Source of the DNA: Bacilli bacterium
Lineage (GTDB): Bacteria; Bacillota_I; Bacilli_A; RFN20; CAG-826
Direction: 5' to 3'
Assembly (NCBI GenBank): GCA_017635565.1
Contig: JAGBLE010000001.1
Location: 2,039-66,038, forward strand
DNA length: 64,000 nucleotides
Notes under the pieces: model-generated
The model's input: the letters and a program-made list of their open reading frames with translations, nothing else
The model's database searches: none
What the model was told of the DNA's origin: nothing
Shown: one piece after another, positions 16,721-26,632 of the stretch
Position numbering within the stretch: the stretch's first letter is position 1
Layout: every line of letters starts with the position of its first letter
Made by a program: the position numbers and the translations under genes

Positions 16721-19615
16721 ATGCCAGAGAAAAATACAAAAATCGTCTCTAAGTACGAAGGTGAAAAAGGCTATGCTTATGAAAAGAAGCTTTGCAAAGT
16801 CGCCAAAAAAATCACCGACATTGTTCCACACAAATTAGGCGGTGTGAAAACAACTGATCACGAATACTGGGGATTAAGAGAAGTTCTTACCGAACCAATG
16901 ATTGACGTTCTCTTAAAAATGAAACAACGTCAACACTACACATTTGAAGAAATGTGCAAATTGTGCAAGGAATTCAAACCAGTCGAACTTCAAAAATTAT
17001 TAGACGAAATGTCAGTCGTCGGTATTATTGAATACGATTACGGTGATAATTACGCTTGGGATCATCCAATTGAAGATGCACCAAAAATCAAACGTTATAT
17101 GCTTTCATATTTCGTTCCTGGAAGTGCAGAATTAATGAACTCATCCGTTGATAGAATTGCCAAAAACCCTGCAGTTGCATCATTCTTTGAAAGAATGACA
17201 TTCAGCCCACTTGCTGGAATTACTGAAATGGTTCCTCCAGGAGGAGACGGAATTGGAATGCATGTTATTCCAGTTGAAAAAGCGATTGAAAACGAACAAA
17301 CATCCATCGATGTAGAACACATCTCACACTGGATGAAAAAATATGAAGGTCATATCTCCGCTGGTATTTGCTCTTGTAGAGCAAGTAGAGCCATGCTTGG
17401 AGAAGGCTGTATTGATGATGTCGATGATTGGTGTATCCAATTCGGTGATATGGCGGATTACACAGTTGAAACTAATCGTGCCCATTACATCACTAAAGAA
17501 AGAGCCTTAGAAATCTTTGAATTAGCAGAAAAGAATGGCTTCGTTCACCAAATCACCAATATCGATGGTGAAAACAAAATCTTCGATATTTGTAACTGTG
17601 ATGTCAAGATTTGTAACGCTTTAAGAACTGCATTACTCTTCAATACGCCTAACCTTGAAAGAAGTGCTTATACCGCTAAAGTAACAACCGAGAACTGTGT
17701 TGCTTGTGGACAATGTGTTTCAAATTGTCCTGCAGGCGCAGTTAAATTAGGTCAAAAGCTTTGTAAGAAAGATGGTAAGCCAGTTGAATATCCACAAGCA
17801 CCACTCCCAGATAAAATCAAATGGGGTAAATATGCTTGGGATGAAAATTATCGTGATACCGCTAGAAAACACGATACATATGAAACAGGAACCGCTCCAT
17901 GTAAAGTTGCCTGTCCTGCTCACGTTCCAGTTCAAGGATATCTCAAAATGGCCAAAGAAGGCCGTTATAGAGAAGCTCTTGCTTTAATTAAAACTCAAAA
18001 CCCATTCCCTGCTGTTTGTGGTCGAGTTTGTAATAAAAAATGTGAAGAAGCTTGTACAAGAGGAACAATTGATAAACCAGTCAGTATTGACGCCGTTAAG
18101 AAATTCTTAGCAGATTTGGAAATCAAATCAGAAAATAGATATGTTCCAGAAAAGATTGTCGCTAGCGTTTACGGCAAATTCGATGAAAAAATCGCCATTA
18201 TCGGTGCTGGTCCAGCTGGATTAAGTGCAGCCTATTATTTATGCGAAATGGGCTTCAAACCAACAGTTTTTGAGAAAAATGAAAAACCTGGTGGAATGAT
18301 GATGTATGGCATTCCAACTTATAAACTCGAAAAAGACGTTATCGAAGCTGAAATCGATATCATTAGAGCACTTGGTGCTGAAATCAAATGCGGAGTTGAA
18401 GTTGGTAAAGATATCACCATCGAAGAACTCAAAAAACAAGGATATAAAGCCTTCTATATCGCAATTGGTTGCCAAGGTGGAAAACGTCCTAACGTTCCAA
18501 ACGACACCGCTAAAGGAACAGATATCGCTGTCAATTACTTAAAAGATGTCTTTGAAAACAAAAAAGATTTCACCGGTGATGTTGTTGTTGTCGGTGGAGG
18601 TAATGTCGCCATTGACTGTGTCAGAGCCGCACATAGATTACACGCCAAGAGTGTAAAAATGTTCTGCCTTGAAAGTAGAGACACAATGCCTGCTACTAAC
18701 GAAGAAGTTAGAGAAGCTCTTGAAGAAAATGTTGAACTCAACAACGGTTGGGGTCCAAAAGAAGTCAAAGTCAACGCTAAAGGTGAAGTTACTAGCATCG
18801 TCTTTAAGAAGTGTTTATCAACAATTGACCCAGAAACTGGCAAGTTCTCACCTAAATATGATGAAAACGAAACCATGGAAGTCAGTGCTGATAAGATTGT
18901 CTTCGCTATCGGACAAGAAATCGTTTGGGGAGATTTACTCAAAGGAAGCAAAGTTACTTTCTGGCATGGTAATTACCCACTCGCAGATAAAGTTACTTAT
19001 CAAACCGCTGATGAAGATATCTTCGTTGGTGGAGATGTCTTCACTGGACCAAAATTTGTTATTAACGCTATCGCAGCTGGTCATGAAGTCGCTGATGCTT
19101 TAGCAAGACACGTTAGACCAAACGCTCACCCAACTATCGCCTTCAACCACCGCGGATTCACTCCACTCAATAAAGAAGATATTACTCTTCCTGGATATGA
19201 TGATGCTGGTCGACAAGAAGCCGGAATGGATGAATCTGTTGATTACAAGAATTCCTTCAAAGATGCTCATAAGACCTTAACTGAAGAACAAGTTAAAGTT
19301 GAAACAAGTAGATGTTTATCTTGTGGTCAAGCAGTCGTTGATCCTCATAAATGTATTGGATGTGGTATTTGTACCACAAAGTGTCATTTCGACGCCATCC
19401 ACTTAGTGAGAGATCATCCACAAAATTCCAATATGAGAAAAGCCGAAAATAAAGTCGGTGGACTCCTCAAATACGCTCTTAAACGTGAAATTAAGATTCT
19501 CTTCTATTCCGGTTCTAAAGAAGCAAAGATGATGAGAAAGAAACGCAAAGAGTGGAATAAATACTATAAAGAAGCGAAAAAGACAAAACCAGACACAGGT
19601 TACGCTGTTGAATAG
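16721..19615 (+). CDS. 964-aa multidomain Fe-S flavoprotein oxidoreductase (Cys-rich N-domain + ferredoxin + GltD/NfnB-like FAD/NAD(P) module + C-terminal ferredoxin)
   Basis: CSCRASRAMLGEGC...ICNCDVKIC; CVACGQCVSNCP; GltD-type CKVACPAHV...CGRVCNKKCEEACTRG; Rossmann IAIIGAGPAGLSAAYYL; CLSCGQ...CIGCGICTTKC. Confidence 0.65.
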   Translation: MPEKNTKIVSKYEGEKGYAYEKKLCKVAKKITDIVPHKLGGVKTTDHEYWGLREVLTEPMIDVLLKMKQRQHYTFEEMCKLCKEFKPVELQKLLDEMSVVGIIEYDYGDNYAWDHPIEDAPKIKRYMLSYFVPGSAELMNSSVDRIAKNPAVASFFERMTFSPLAGITEMVPPGGDGIGMHVIPVEKAIENEQTSIDVEHISHWMKKYEGHISAGICSCRASRAMLGEGCIDDVDDWCIQFGDMADYTVETNRAHYITKERALEIFELAEKNGFVHQITNIDGENKIFDICNCDVKICNALRTALLFNTPNLERSAYTAKVTTENCVACGQCVSNCPAGAVKLGQKLCKKDGKPVEYPQAPLPDKIKWGKYAWDENYRDTARKHDTYETGTAPCKVACPAHVPVQGYLKMAKEGRYREALALIKTQNPFPAVCGRVCNKKCEEACTRGTIDKPVSIDAVKKFLADLEIKSENRYVPEKIVASVYGKFDEKIAIIGAGPAGLSAAYYLCEMGFKPTVFEKNEKPGGMMMYGIPTYKLEKDVIEAEIDIIRALGAEIKCGVEVGKDITIEELKKQGYKAFYIAIGCQGGKRPNVPNDTAKGTDIAVNYLKDVFENKKDFTGDVVVVGGGNVAIDCVRAAHRLHAKSVKMFCLESRDTMPATNEEVREALEENVELNNGWGPKEVKVNAKGEVTSIVFKKCLSTIDPETGKFSPKYDENETMEVSADKIVFAIGQEIVWGDLLKGSKVTFWHGNYPLADKVTYQTADEDIFVGGDVFTGPKFVINAIAAGHEVADALARHVRPNAHPTIAFNHRGFTPLNKEDITLPGYDDAGRQEAGMDESVDYKNSFKDAHKTLTEEQVKVETSRCLSCGQAVVDPHKCIGCGICTTKCHFDAIHLVRDHPQNSNMRKAENKVGGLLKYALKREIKILFYSGSKEAKMMRKKRKEWNKYYKEAKKTKPDTGYAVE

Positions 19616-19624
19616 GGGCGTCTA

Positions 19625-19969
19625 ATGCACGAACTTGGTATCGTTGTTCACGTCATTAATCAAATTGAAGAACTCGCAAAGAAAAACAAAGTAAACAAAG
19701 TCGTTGAACTCACTCTCGAAGTTGGTGAAGTCAGCGGAGTTGTTAAAGAATACTTTGTCGACGCCTTTGAATGGGCAAAGAAAAAAACCGAATATATGAA
19801 AGAGTGTCATCTTGACTATATTACCATTCAAGGAATCACTTATTGTGAGGACTGTCAAAAAACTTACCCAACTGTTCAATATGGAAAAGAATGTCCATAT
19901 TGCCACAGCCCGCATACTTATCTAGTAACGGGTAAAGATGTAATGATTAAGAACATCAAAGTCGAATAG
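19625..19969 (+). CDS. hypA: nickel insertion metallochaperone HypA
   Basis: MHELGIV N-terminus (MHE nickel site) and a zinc site CEDC...CPYC. 114 aa. Confidence 0.85.
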   Translation: MHELGIVVHVINQIEELAKKNKVNKVVELTLEVGEVSGVVKEYFVDAFEWAKKKTEYMKECHLDYITIQGITYCEDCQKTYPTVQYGKECPYCHSPHTYLVTGKDVMIKNIKVE

Positions 19970-19973
19970 TTAA

Positions 19974-19993
19974 AAGAGAGGGTTCCCTCTCTT
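19974..19993 (+). terminator. rho-independent terminator after hypA
   Basis: AAGAGAGGG-TT-CCCTCTCTT followed by a T-run. Confidence 0.75.
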
Positions 19994-20027
19994 TTTTCAT
20001 ATTTCGAAAATATGTATAATAAAAGAA

Positions 20028-21281
20028 ATGTTTGATCAGTTTGAAAAATTTGACACAAAAGCTAATCCAAAAAATCCTACTCTAGTAGGTCTTTCGACAT
20101 TGATTGGCGCTCTTGAAGTTTGGAAGCATAAACCAAAAATCAGTAAAGTCAATATGAGAGGAATCAAACCTCCATATATTTTGCTCGCTAATCATAACGC
20201 TTTTCTTGATATTCAAATGTTAAGATATATCACTTTCCCTCATAAAATGAGTTATATCGTTGCCATCGATGGTTTTTTAGGAAGAAAAAGTTTTCTTGAA
20301 GCGATTGGCTGTATTTGCAAAAGAAAATTCACAAATGATCCATATTTAATCAAAAATATCGATTATGTTTTGAATAAGCAAAAACACATTATGGCGATGT
20401 TCCCAGAAGCGAGATATTCATTATGTGGCACGACCGCGATTATTCCAAAAAGTGTTGCTCGACTCGTTAAACACTTCAAAGTTCCTCTCGTCATTCTTAA
20501 GATGAATGGCCATCATATCAATTCTCCTTTCTGGAATTTGAAAATGAGAAATGTAAAAGGAATTGAAGCAGAACTCAAATGTGTCGCAACAAGTGAAGAA
20601 GTTGAAAATATGTCAATCGATGAGATTGATGAGATTATTCAAAATGAGTTCATCTATGATGAATATGCTTGGCAAAAGAAGAAAAATATTCATATCAAAT
20701 ATAATTGGAGAGCAGAAGGTCTCCACAAAGTCTTATATAAATGTCCTCACTGCGGAAAAGAATATGAAATGAGTACTTCTGGTTCCATTTTGAAATGTAA
20801 TAGCTGTGGAAAAGAATGGTTTTATACCGAACTTGGTGAATTAGAAGCTAAAGAAGGGGAAACTGAATTTTCTCATATTCCAGATTGGTATGAATGGGAA
20901 AGAGAAGAAGTGAGAAAAGAAGTCGAAAATGGGACTTATTATTTTGAAAGCGAAGTTCACACTGATATTCTTCCAAAAGATAAATTCATTCCTATTGGAA
21001 AGGGGAAATTAATTCATGATTTATCTGGTTTCAAATTAACTGGAATTTATGAAGATAAACCATACGAATTAAAGATTGCTTCCAATAGTATTTATGGCGT
21101 TCATATTGAATACGAATATTTAGGAAAAAACGGGGACTGTGTCGATTTAAACACCCTTGATAACACCTATTACGTTTATCCAGAGAGAAAAGATTTTTCA
21201 GTCACTAAAATCTCTTTAGCGGTTGAAGAAATATATAAGCATATCTTTAAAGAAAAGGAGAAGAAAAATAATGGACAATAA
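20028..21281 (+). CDS. PlsC-family lysophospholipid acyltransferase with C-terminal zinc-ribbon domain
   Basis: HX4D motif NHNAFLD, FPEARYS motif, and later CPHCGKEY...CNSCGKEW. Confidence 0.6.
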   Translation: MFDQFEKFDTKANPKNPTLVGLSTLIGALEVWKHKPKISKVNMRGIKPPYILLANHNAFLDIQMLRYITFPHKMSYIVAIDGFLGRKSFLEAIGCICKRKFTNDPYLIKNIDYVLNKQKHIMAMFPEARYSLCGTTAIIPKSVARLVKHFKVPLVILKMNGHHINSPFWNLKMRNVKGIEAELKCVATSEEVENMSIDEIDEIIQNEFIYDEYAWQKKKNIHIKYNWRAEGLHKVLYKCPHCGKEYEMSTSGSILKCNSCGKEWFYTELGELEAKEGETEFSHIPDWYEWEREEVRKEVENGTYYFESEVHTDILPKDKFIPIGKGKLIHDLSGFKLTGIYEDKPYELKIASNSIYGVHIEYEYLGKNGDCVDLNTLDNTYYVYPERKDFSVTKISLAVEEIYKHIFKEKEKKNNGQ

Positions 21282-22497
21282 TCGATTAAAAGAATACGCC
21301 GAATTATTAGCCAAAAAAGGAATTAATGTTCTTAAAGGCGAAGAAGTTTGGATTAACTGTCAACTCGATCAAATCGAATTCGTAAGATTATGTGTTGAAG
21401 AATGTTATAAAGCAGGCGCTAAAAAAGTTAGAGTTAGATTTTCAGACAACAAAATTTCTCGACTCAATTATCAATATATGGCCCTAAACGACCTAAAGAA
21501 AGTACCTGAATATTCAATAAGTGAATATAAATATATGGTGAAACACTTACCAAGTATGCTTCATATCATTAGTGATGATCCAGATGCATTTAAAGGAATT
21601 AAACAATCAATTCTTTCTAAATCATCTCTTGCCGTAAGAAAGAAAGTAAAACCGTATCGAAATAAAATGGACGGGAACTACAAATGGTGTATCGCTGCTG
21701 TCCCAAATACCGAATGGGCTGAAAGAGTGTTCCCAAATCTCAAAGGAGAAGACGCCGTTAACGCTTTGTGGGAGGCAATTTTAAAAACTTCTCGAGTGGA
21801 TGGAAACGCCATTCAAAATTGGGAAAATCATAACCAAAACTTATATAACAAAAGACAGATTTTAGAAAGCTTAGACCTCCAATATCTTGAATACCATTCA
21901 AGTAATGGAACAAATTTCAAAGTTGAACTCATTAAAGGCATTCACTGGGGAGGAGGAGCAGAATATACTTCTGATCACAGAATCTATAATCCAAATATTC
22001 CAAGTGAAGAAGTTTTCACTTCCCCTTTAGCGGGGTCATGCGAAGGAATTGTTTATGCGAGCAAACCTCTTTCATATAACGGACAATTAATCGAAGGATT
22101 CTCAATTAGGTTTGAAGGCGGAAAAGTTACTGAAGTTAAAGCGAAAAAGAATCAAAAACTTTTAGAACAAATGGTCAATATGGATATGGGAGCACGCCAA
22201 CTCGGTGAAGTCGCTTTAGTCCCATTTGATTCTCCAATCCAAAATAGCGGATTACTTTTCTATGAAACCCTTTTTGATGAAAACGCTGCCTGTCACCTCG
22301 CTCTCGGCCAAGGATTTAAAGAACTTCTTCCAGATGGAGGAGCTTCTTTATCAATTGAAGAAGCAAAACAAAGAGGGCTTAACGACTCAATGATTCACGT
22401 TGATTTCATGATTGGAACAAGTGACTTAGAAATCATTGGAACAAGCTTCTCAGGAAAGAAAACCACAATCTTCAAAAACGGAAATTGGGCTATTTAA
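21271..22497 (+). CDS. aminopeptidase, M29 (AmpS/PepS) family
   Basis: MDNNRLKEYAELLAKKGINVLKGEEVWI and ...DENAACHLALG motifs. Start set to ATG 21271 (AAGGAG RBS upstream) rather than the overlapping 21223. Confidence 0.8.
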   Translation: MDNNRLKEYAELLAKKGINVLKGEEVWINCQLDQIEFVRLCVEECYKAGAKKVRVRFSDNKISRLNYQYMALNDLKKVPEYSISEYKYMVKHLPSMLHIISDDPDAFKGIKQSILSKSSLAVRKKVKPYRNKMDGNYKWCIAAVPNTEWAERVFPNLKGEDAVNALWEAILKTSRVDGNAIQNWENHNQNLYNKRQILESLDLQYLEYHSSNGTNFKVELIKGIHWGGGAEYTSDHRIYNPNIPSEEVFTSPLAGSCEGIVYASKPLSYNGQLIEGFSIRFEGGKVTEVKAKKNQKLLEQMVNMDMGARQLGEVALVPFDSPIQNSGLLFYETLFDENAACHLALGQGFKELLPDGGASLSIEEAKQRGLNDSMIHVDFMIGTSDLEIIGTSFSGKKTTIFKNGNWAI

Positions 22498-22593
22498 TAA
22501 TTTTTATATTGCCACCCGTTTAACAATTATGATATTGTTATCAAGCGAACTTTCTTAGAGCGAAGCACTGCTCTAGGCGGAAGGAGAAAAGAC

Positions 22594-22806
22594 ATGAAGA
22601 AAGATATTCATCCAAAGTACTATCGTTGCACAGTGACATGTGTCAGCTGCGGAGCAACATTTGAAACCGGTTCAACTCAAAAAGAAATTAGAGTCGATAC
22701 TTGCAGTAATTGCCACCCATTCTACACTGGCAAACAAAGATACGTACAAGCTGACGGAAGAATCGATAGATTCAACCGTAAATACGGTCTTACCGACAAA
22801 AAATAA
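22594..22806 (+). CDS. rpmE: 50S ribosomal protein L31 (Cys-containing type A)
   Basis: [10 protein letters not shown]...CSCGATF...[12 protein letters not shown]. Confidence 0.9.
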   Translation: MKKDIHPKYYRCTVTCVSCGATFETGSTQKEIRVDTCSNCHPFYTGKQRYVQADGRIDRFNRKYGLTDKK

Positions 22807-22821
22807 ATTTAAGAAAGATTT

Positions 22822-22840
22822 AAACCGGCGTTGCCGGTTT
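22822..22840 (+). terminator. rho-independent terminator after rpmE
   Basis: AAACCGGC-GTT-GCCGGTTT followed by CTTTT. Confidence 0.7.
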
Positions 22841-22851
22841 CTTTTAACTCT

Positions 22852-24444
22852 ATGAAGAAAAGATTTTACATTACTACCCCAATTTATTATCCGAGTGCAA
22901 AACTCCATATCGGTCACGCTTATTGCACTACTTTGACCGATGTTTTTGCCCGTTCCAAAAGAGAAAGAGGATTTGAATGCTATTTCCTTACAGGTGCGGA
23001 TGAACACGGATTAAAGATTGAAAAAAACGCTGAAGCAAAAGGAGTTACTCCACAAGCGTTTGTCGATGAAATTGTTGAAGGCTTTTATAAACTTTGGGAT
23101 TTATTAAAAATTACTAACGATGATTTCATTAGAACCACTCAAGAACGTCACGTCAAAGTCGTTCAAGATGTCTTCACCAAAATGTATAACAAAGGAGACA
23201 TTTATTTAGGAAAATATGAAGGCTGGTATTGCCGTTACTGTGAAGCTTTCTGGACTGATACCCAAGCCGGAAAAGACCATATTTGCCCTGACTGTGGTCG
23301 AGAAGTTCAACGCGCTGAAGAAGAAGCTTATTTCTTTAAAACCAGTAAATACGTTGATTCTCTTCTTAAATTCTACGAAGATAATCCAAAATTCCTCATT
23401 CCAGAATCTCGTAAAAACGAAATGATTAATACGTTTATTAAACCTGGATTAGAAGATTTATGTGTTAGTAGAACTTCATTCTCCTGGGGAATTCCAGTTA
23501 AAGAAAATCCAAAGCATGTCGTTTATGTCTGGCTTGATGCCTTAACTAATTACATAAGCGCACTTGGATATAACAGTGATAACCCAGAATTATTTAAGAA
23601 ATATTGGGAAGATGAAGACACAGAAATTATCCATATATTAGGCGCTGATATCACAAGATTCCATGCGATTTATTGGCCAATGTTCTTAGAATCTCTTGGA
23701 ATTAGAAAACCTGATAGAGAATTCGTTCATGGATTATTGATGATGAGAGAAAGCAAGATGAGCAAATCAAAAGGAAATGTTGTTGATCCATATCCTCTTG
23801 TTGAAAGATTTGGAGTGGACGCAGTTAGATATTATCTTGCACGTGAAGTCAATTTCGGAAGCGATGGAAGTTTCTCTCCAGAACAATTTGTTGAAAGAAT
23901 TAATTCTGATCTCGCTAATTCGTTTGGAAACTTACTCAATCGTACCGTTTCAATGATTAACAAATATTTTGAAGGAGTCATCCCAGAATATAAAGGTCAA
24001 ATTACTGAATTTGATGGCAACCTTGAATCAGTTATTAACGCCACCATTTCTAATTATGAAAAAGCGATGGATGATTTAAAGATTACCGAAGCGATTACTT
24101 ATGTTAATGAACTCGTTAATCGCGCCAATAAATATATTGACGAAACAACTCCATGGGCCCTTGCAAAAGATGAAAATAAAAAAGAGGCCCTTGCAAGCGT
24201 TATGAACCATCTCGCTTATTCAATATATGTCGCAAGTCGCCTTTATCATCCAGTGTTAGTCACTGCTTCAGATAAAGCATTTGACCAATTAGGAATCGAT
24301 GAAAAAGAAAGAGAATATATTAATATCACCAACAAAAATATTCTTGATAATCACAAAGTTAATAAAGGTGAACCATTATTCCCAAGACTTGATCCAAATA
24401 TTGAAGTTCCATTCATCAGTGAACTGATGGGAGAAAATAAATAA
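22852..24444 (+). CDS. metG: methionyl-tRNA synthetase
   Basis: MKKRFYITTPIYYPSAKLHIGHAY (HIGH), zinc knuckle CRYCE...CPDCG, KMSKS. Start set to ATG 22852 because the track TTG at 22831 lies inside the rpmE terminator. Confidence 0.9.
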   Translation: MKKRFYITTPIYYPSAKLHIGHAYCTTLTDVFARSKRERGFECYFLTGADEHGLKIEKNAEAKGVTPQAFVDEIVEGFYKLWDLLKITNDDFIRTTQERHVKVVQDVFTKMYNKGDIYLGKYEGWYCRYCEAFWTDTQAGKDHICPDCGREVQRAEEEAYFFKTSKYVDSLLKFYEDNPKFLIPESRKNEMINTFIKPGLEDLCVSRTSFSWGIPVKENPKHVVYVWLDALTNYISALGYNSDNPELFKKYWEDEDTEIIHILGADITRFHAIYWPMFLESLGIRKPDREFVHGLLMMRESKMSKSKGNVVDPYPLVERFGVDAVRYYLAREVNFGSDGSFSPEQFVERINSDLANSFGNLLNRTVSMINKYFEGVIPEYKGQITEFDGNLESVINATISNYEKAMDDLKITEAITYVNELVNRANKYIDETTPWALAKDENKKEALASVMNHLAYSIYVASRLYHPVLVTASDKAFDQLGIDEKEREYINITNKNILDNHKVNKGEPLFPRLDPNIEVPFISELMGENK

Positions 24445-24461
24445 CATTATCAAAGGCAATT

Positions 24462-24519
24462 AAAAAGACTGGTCAATTCGTTTTGATGAGTATCCATCAG
24501 TTTATAGCCAGTCTTTTTT
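24462..24519 (+). terminator. long-loop terminator hairpin after metG
   Basis: AAAAAGACTGG ... CCAGTCTTTTTT, with an inner GATG/CATC stem. Confidence 0.45.
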
Positions 24520-24571
24520 AGTAGAGTAAATATTCCGATAATGATATGATTTGAACAACGAGGAAATTTTT

Positions 24572-25552
24572 ATGAAGAAATATTTAGGAATGACCTTAAC
24601 AATTTTAGTTGTTATTACATTATCAGTTTTAGGGTTTGTTTTTGGTGGAGTATCACTATCGCAAAATCAGCAAGACACTCTTATTATCTTGGCTATTATC
24701 TGCGGTAGCAGTGCCTTATATTGTTTTGTTGTTGGAGAAATCGCACGTAACAATTCTCAAATGGATAAATTATGGAGTTTACTCCCAATCGCTTATGTTT
24801 GGGTAATTGCGGCGAAAGGTAATTTTTCACCAAGATTAATTGTTTACGCAGTCCTTGTTACCTTGTGGGGAATTAGATTAACATTCAATTTTGCACGTAA
24901 AGGCGCTTATAGCATTAAATTCTGGACTGGAGAAGAAGATTATCGCTGGGCAGCAGTATTAAGAAGCAAGAAACCGCTTAATAATCGCTTTATGTGGGGT
25001 TTATTCGATTTATTCTTCATTTCCATTTATCAAAACGCTCTTGTTTTAGCAATTTGCCTTCCTGCTTTAGCAGTTATGGACTCCACTGCACCTTTTGCCA
25101 CTTTTGATTATGTTGCCACCTTCTCAGTGTTCTTATTCTTAGTTATTGAAACAGTTTCTGATGAACAACAATGGAAATTCCATCAAAATAAAAAGAAATA
25201 TCTTAACGAAGGAAAGAGTTTAGAAGAACTCCCAGAACCATATAACAAAGGGTTTAACACAACTGGATTATGGGGATATGCTAGACATCCAAATTATTTA
25301 GGCGAACAAGCTTTTTGGCTTTGCTTATATTTGTTCACTCTCAGTGCTTCAGTGAATACACATTATGTTTTTAACTGGACAATGTTTGGACCACTTTTCT
25401 TAGTCTTTTTGTTCTTAGGTAGTTCCGCTTTTGGAGAATCAGTATCTTCAAGCAAATATCCTGAATATCGTTATTATTTAGCGTATGTAAGCAAATACAT
25501 TCCATTTAGAAAATACGACTTAGAAAAGGCAAAAATAAAGCTAGATAAATAA
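24572..25552 (+). CDS. DUF1295 / steroid-5-alpha-reductase-like membrane protein
   Basis: GLWGYARHPNYLGEQAFW motif in a polytopic protein. Start set to ATG 24572 after a GAGGA RBS. Confidence 0.6.
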   Translation: MKKYLGMTLTILVVITLSVLGFVFGGVSLSQNQQDTLIILAIICGSSALYCFVVGEIARNNSQMDKLWSLLPIAYVWVIAAKGNFSPRLIVYAVLVTLWGIRLTFNFARKGAYSIKFWTGEEDYRWAAVLRSKKPLNNRFMWGLFDLFFISIYQNALVLAICLPALAVMDSTAPFATFDYVATFSVFLFLVIETVSDEQQWKFHQNKKKYLNEGKSLEELPEPYNKGFNTTGLWGYARHPNYLGEQAFWLCLYLFTLSASVNTHYVFNWTMFGPLFLVFLFLGSSAFGESVSSSKYPEYRYYLAYVSKYIPFRKYDLEKAKIKLDK

Positions 25553-25571
25553 TGTTATATTTTGATTAACA

Positions 25572-25603
25572 AATAAGAGGCCCGTTAAATCGAGCCTCTT
25601 ATT
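25572..25603 (+). terminator. rho-independent terminator
   Basis: AATAAGAGGC-N12-GCCTCTTATT. Confidence 0.6.
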
Positions 25604-25834
25604 TCGTTATGTTCTTATTTTTTTATTCTTTTTAAGTGATATTCCCACTAATGCGAGCCTATTAAAAAGAGAAGACGAAGAATGTAATCTCGCACTTTCT
25701 TTTCCGTTAAAAATGAATAATCAAATTTTCTAACCATAATTGATTTTACTAACTAAAACTTATATGAAATTAGGCAGTAAAAAGTAATTTAAAAGAATCT
25801 ATTTATATTGGATATACCAAATATATCAAATTAA

Positions 25835-26287
25835 TTATCCTTGATATTTTCTTACAGATTCATGAGGAACATGGGCAATACGCTTTTCTTCGCCGTCTTT
25901 AAAGCAAACTTCGAGATAATCAGTGTATTGTTTGCTTACTTTTCCAATTGAGCCCATTGGAAGCGTTTTCTTTTGATCAATAGTAGTTACAGCAGCGGTC
26001 AAAATAACGACATCCCCAGCTTCATATGATGGCTTTTTAGGTGCCGGTTTTGCTTGTTCTTTATATACAATGTGATCATGTATATCAACAACAAGCACAA
26101 TTAATAATGCAGGAACTGGACCAAATATGACAATTATCGCTAAATAAAAGGCGTTAAGTAAATTATTTGCTTCGAGTTTACCAGAAACCCAATAAACAAC
26201 AAAAATTACAACTCCAATCGCGTAAAATATCAAATCCAAAATTGCCGCAAATCTTAAAAATCTTTTTGTGCCTTCCATAATTACCAT
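25835..26287 (-). CDS. hypothetical membrane protein (2-3 TM helices plus a small C-terminal soluble domain)
   Basis: Hydrophobic N-terminal half and a charged C-terminal ~70 aa. No recognisable family. Confidence 0.4.
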   Translation of the reverse strand: MVIMEGTKRFLRFAAILDLIFYAIGVVIFVVYWVSGKLEANNLLNAFYLAIIVIFGPVPALLIVLVVDIHDHIVYKEQAKPAPKKPSYEAGDVVILTAAVTTIDQKKTLPMGSIGKVSKQYTDYLEVCFKDGEEKRIAHVPHESVRKYQG

Positions 26288-26353
26288 CGCCTTCAGCCTC
26301 TATATCATTCTAGTTTGTATTGATTTAGCTTTTATTTATAAGTGGTTTTATCT

Positions 26354-26632
26354 TTACATTCTCAATAAGTCACTGTGTGATCCTGTTTCAACTAAGGTCA
26401 ATGTCAATATATCATCCTCAATCATATAGATAAGAAGCCAATCCGGTTTGACATGACACTCGCGAAACAGCTCAAAATTACCAGTAAGCTGATGATCCTT
26501 ATATTTAGCATCCAACGGTTTTCCAAGTCTTAATGTTTCAATTACTTCATCCAATAGTGAGATATCCTTACCTTGTTTTACCATCAGCTTATAACTCTTT
26601 TTAAACCTGCTGGTGAATTTGATTGTGTACAT
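26354..26632 (-). CDS. yafQ: type II toxin, YafQ/RelE family mRNA interferase
   Basis: FTSRFKKSYKLMVKQGKD...YKDHQLTGNF..RECHVKPDWLLIY...TGSHSDL matches the YafQ pattern. Start overlaps the antitoxin stop. Confidence 0.8.
   Translation of the reverse strand: MYTIKFTSRFKKSYKLMVKQGKDISLLDEVIETLRLGKPLDAKYKDHQLTGNFELFRECHVKPDWLLIYMIEDDILTLTLVETGSHSDLLRM

Noticed and set aside
21223-21270. N-terminal extensions implied by the longest-ORF starts: 21223, 22831, 24551, 26928, 27802, 37258, 8044, 14390, 60971, 61525, 62135.
   Set aside because: These starts use TTG or GTG, or lie within upstream genes or terminator hairpins. Downstream ATGs have proper RBS spacing and give N-termini matching the family consensus, so the shorter models were preferred.
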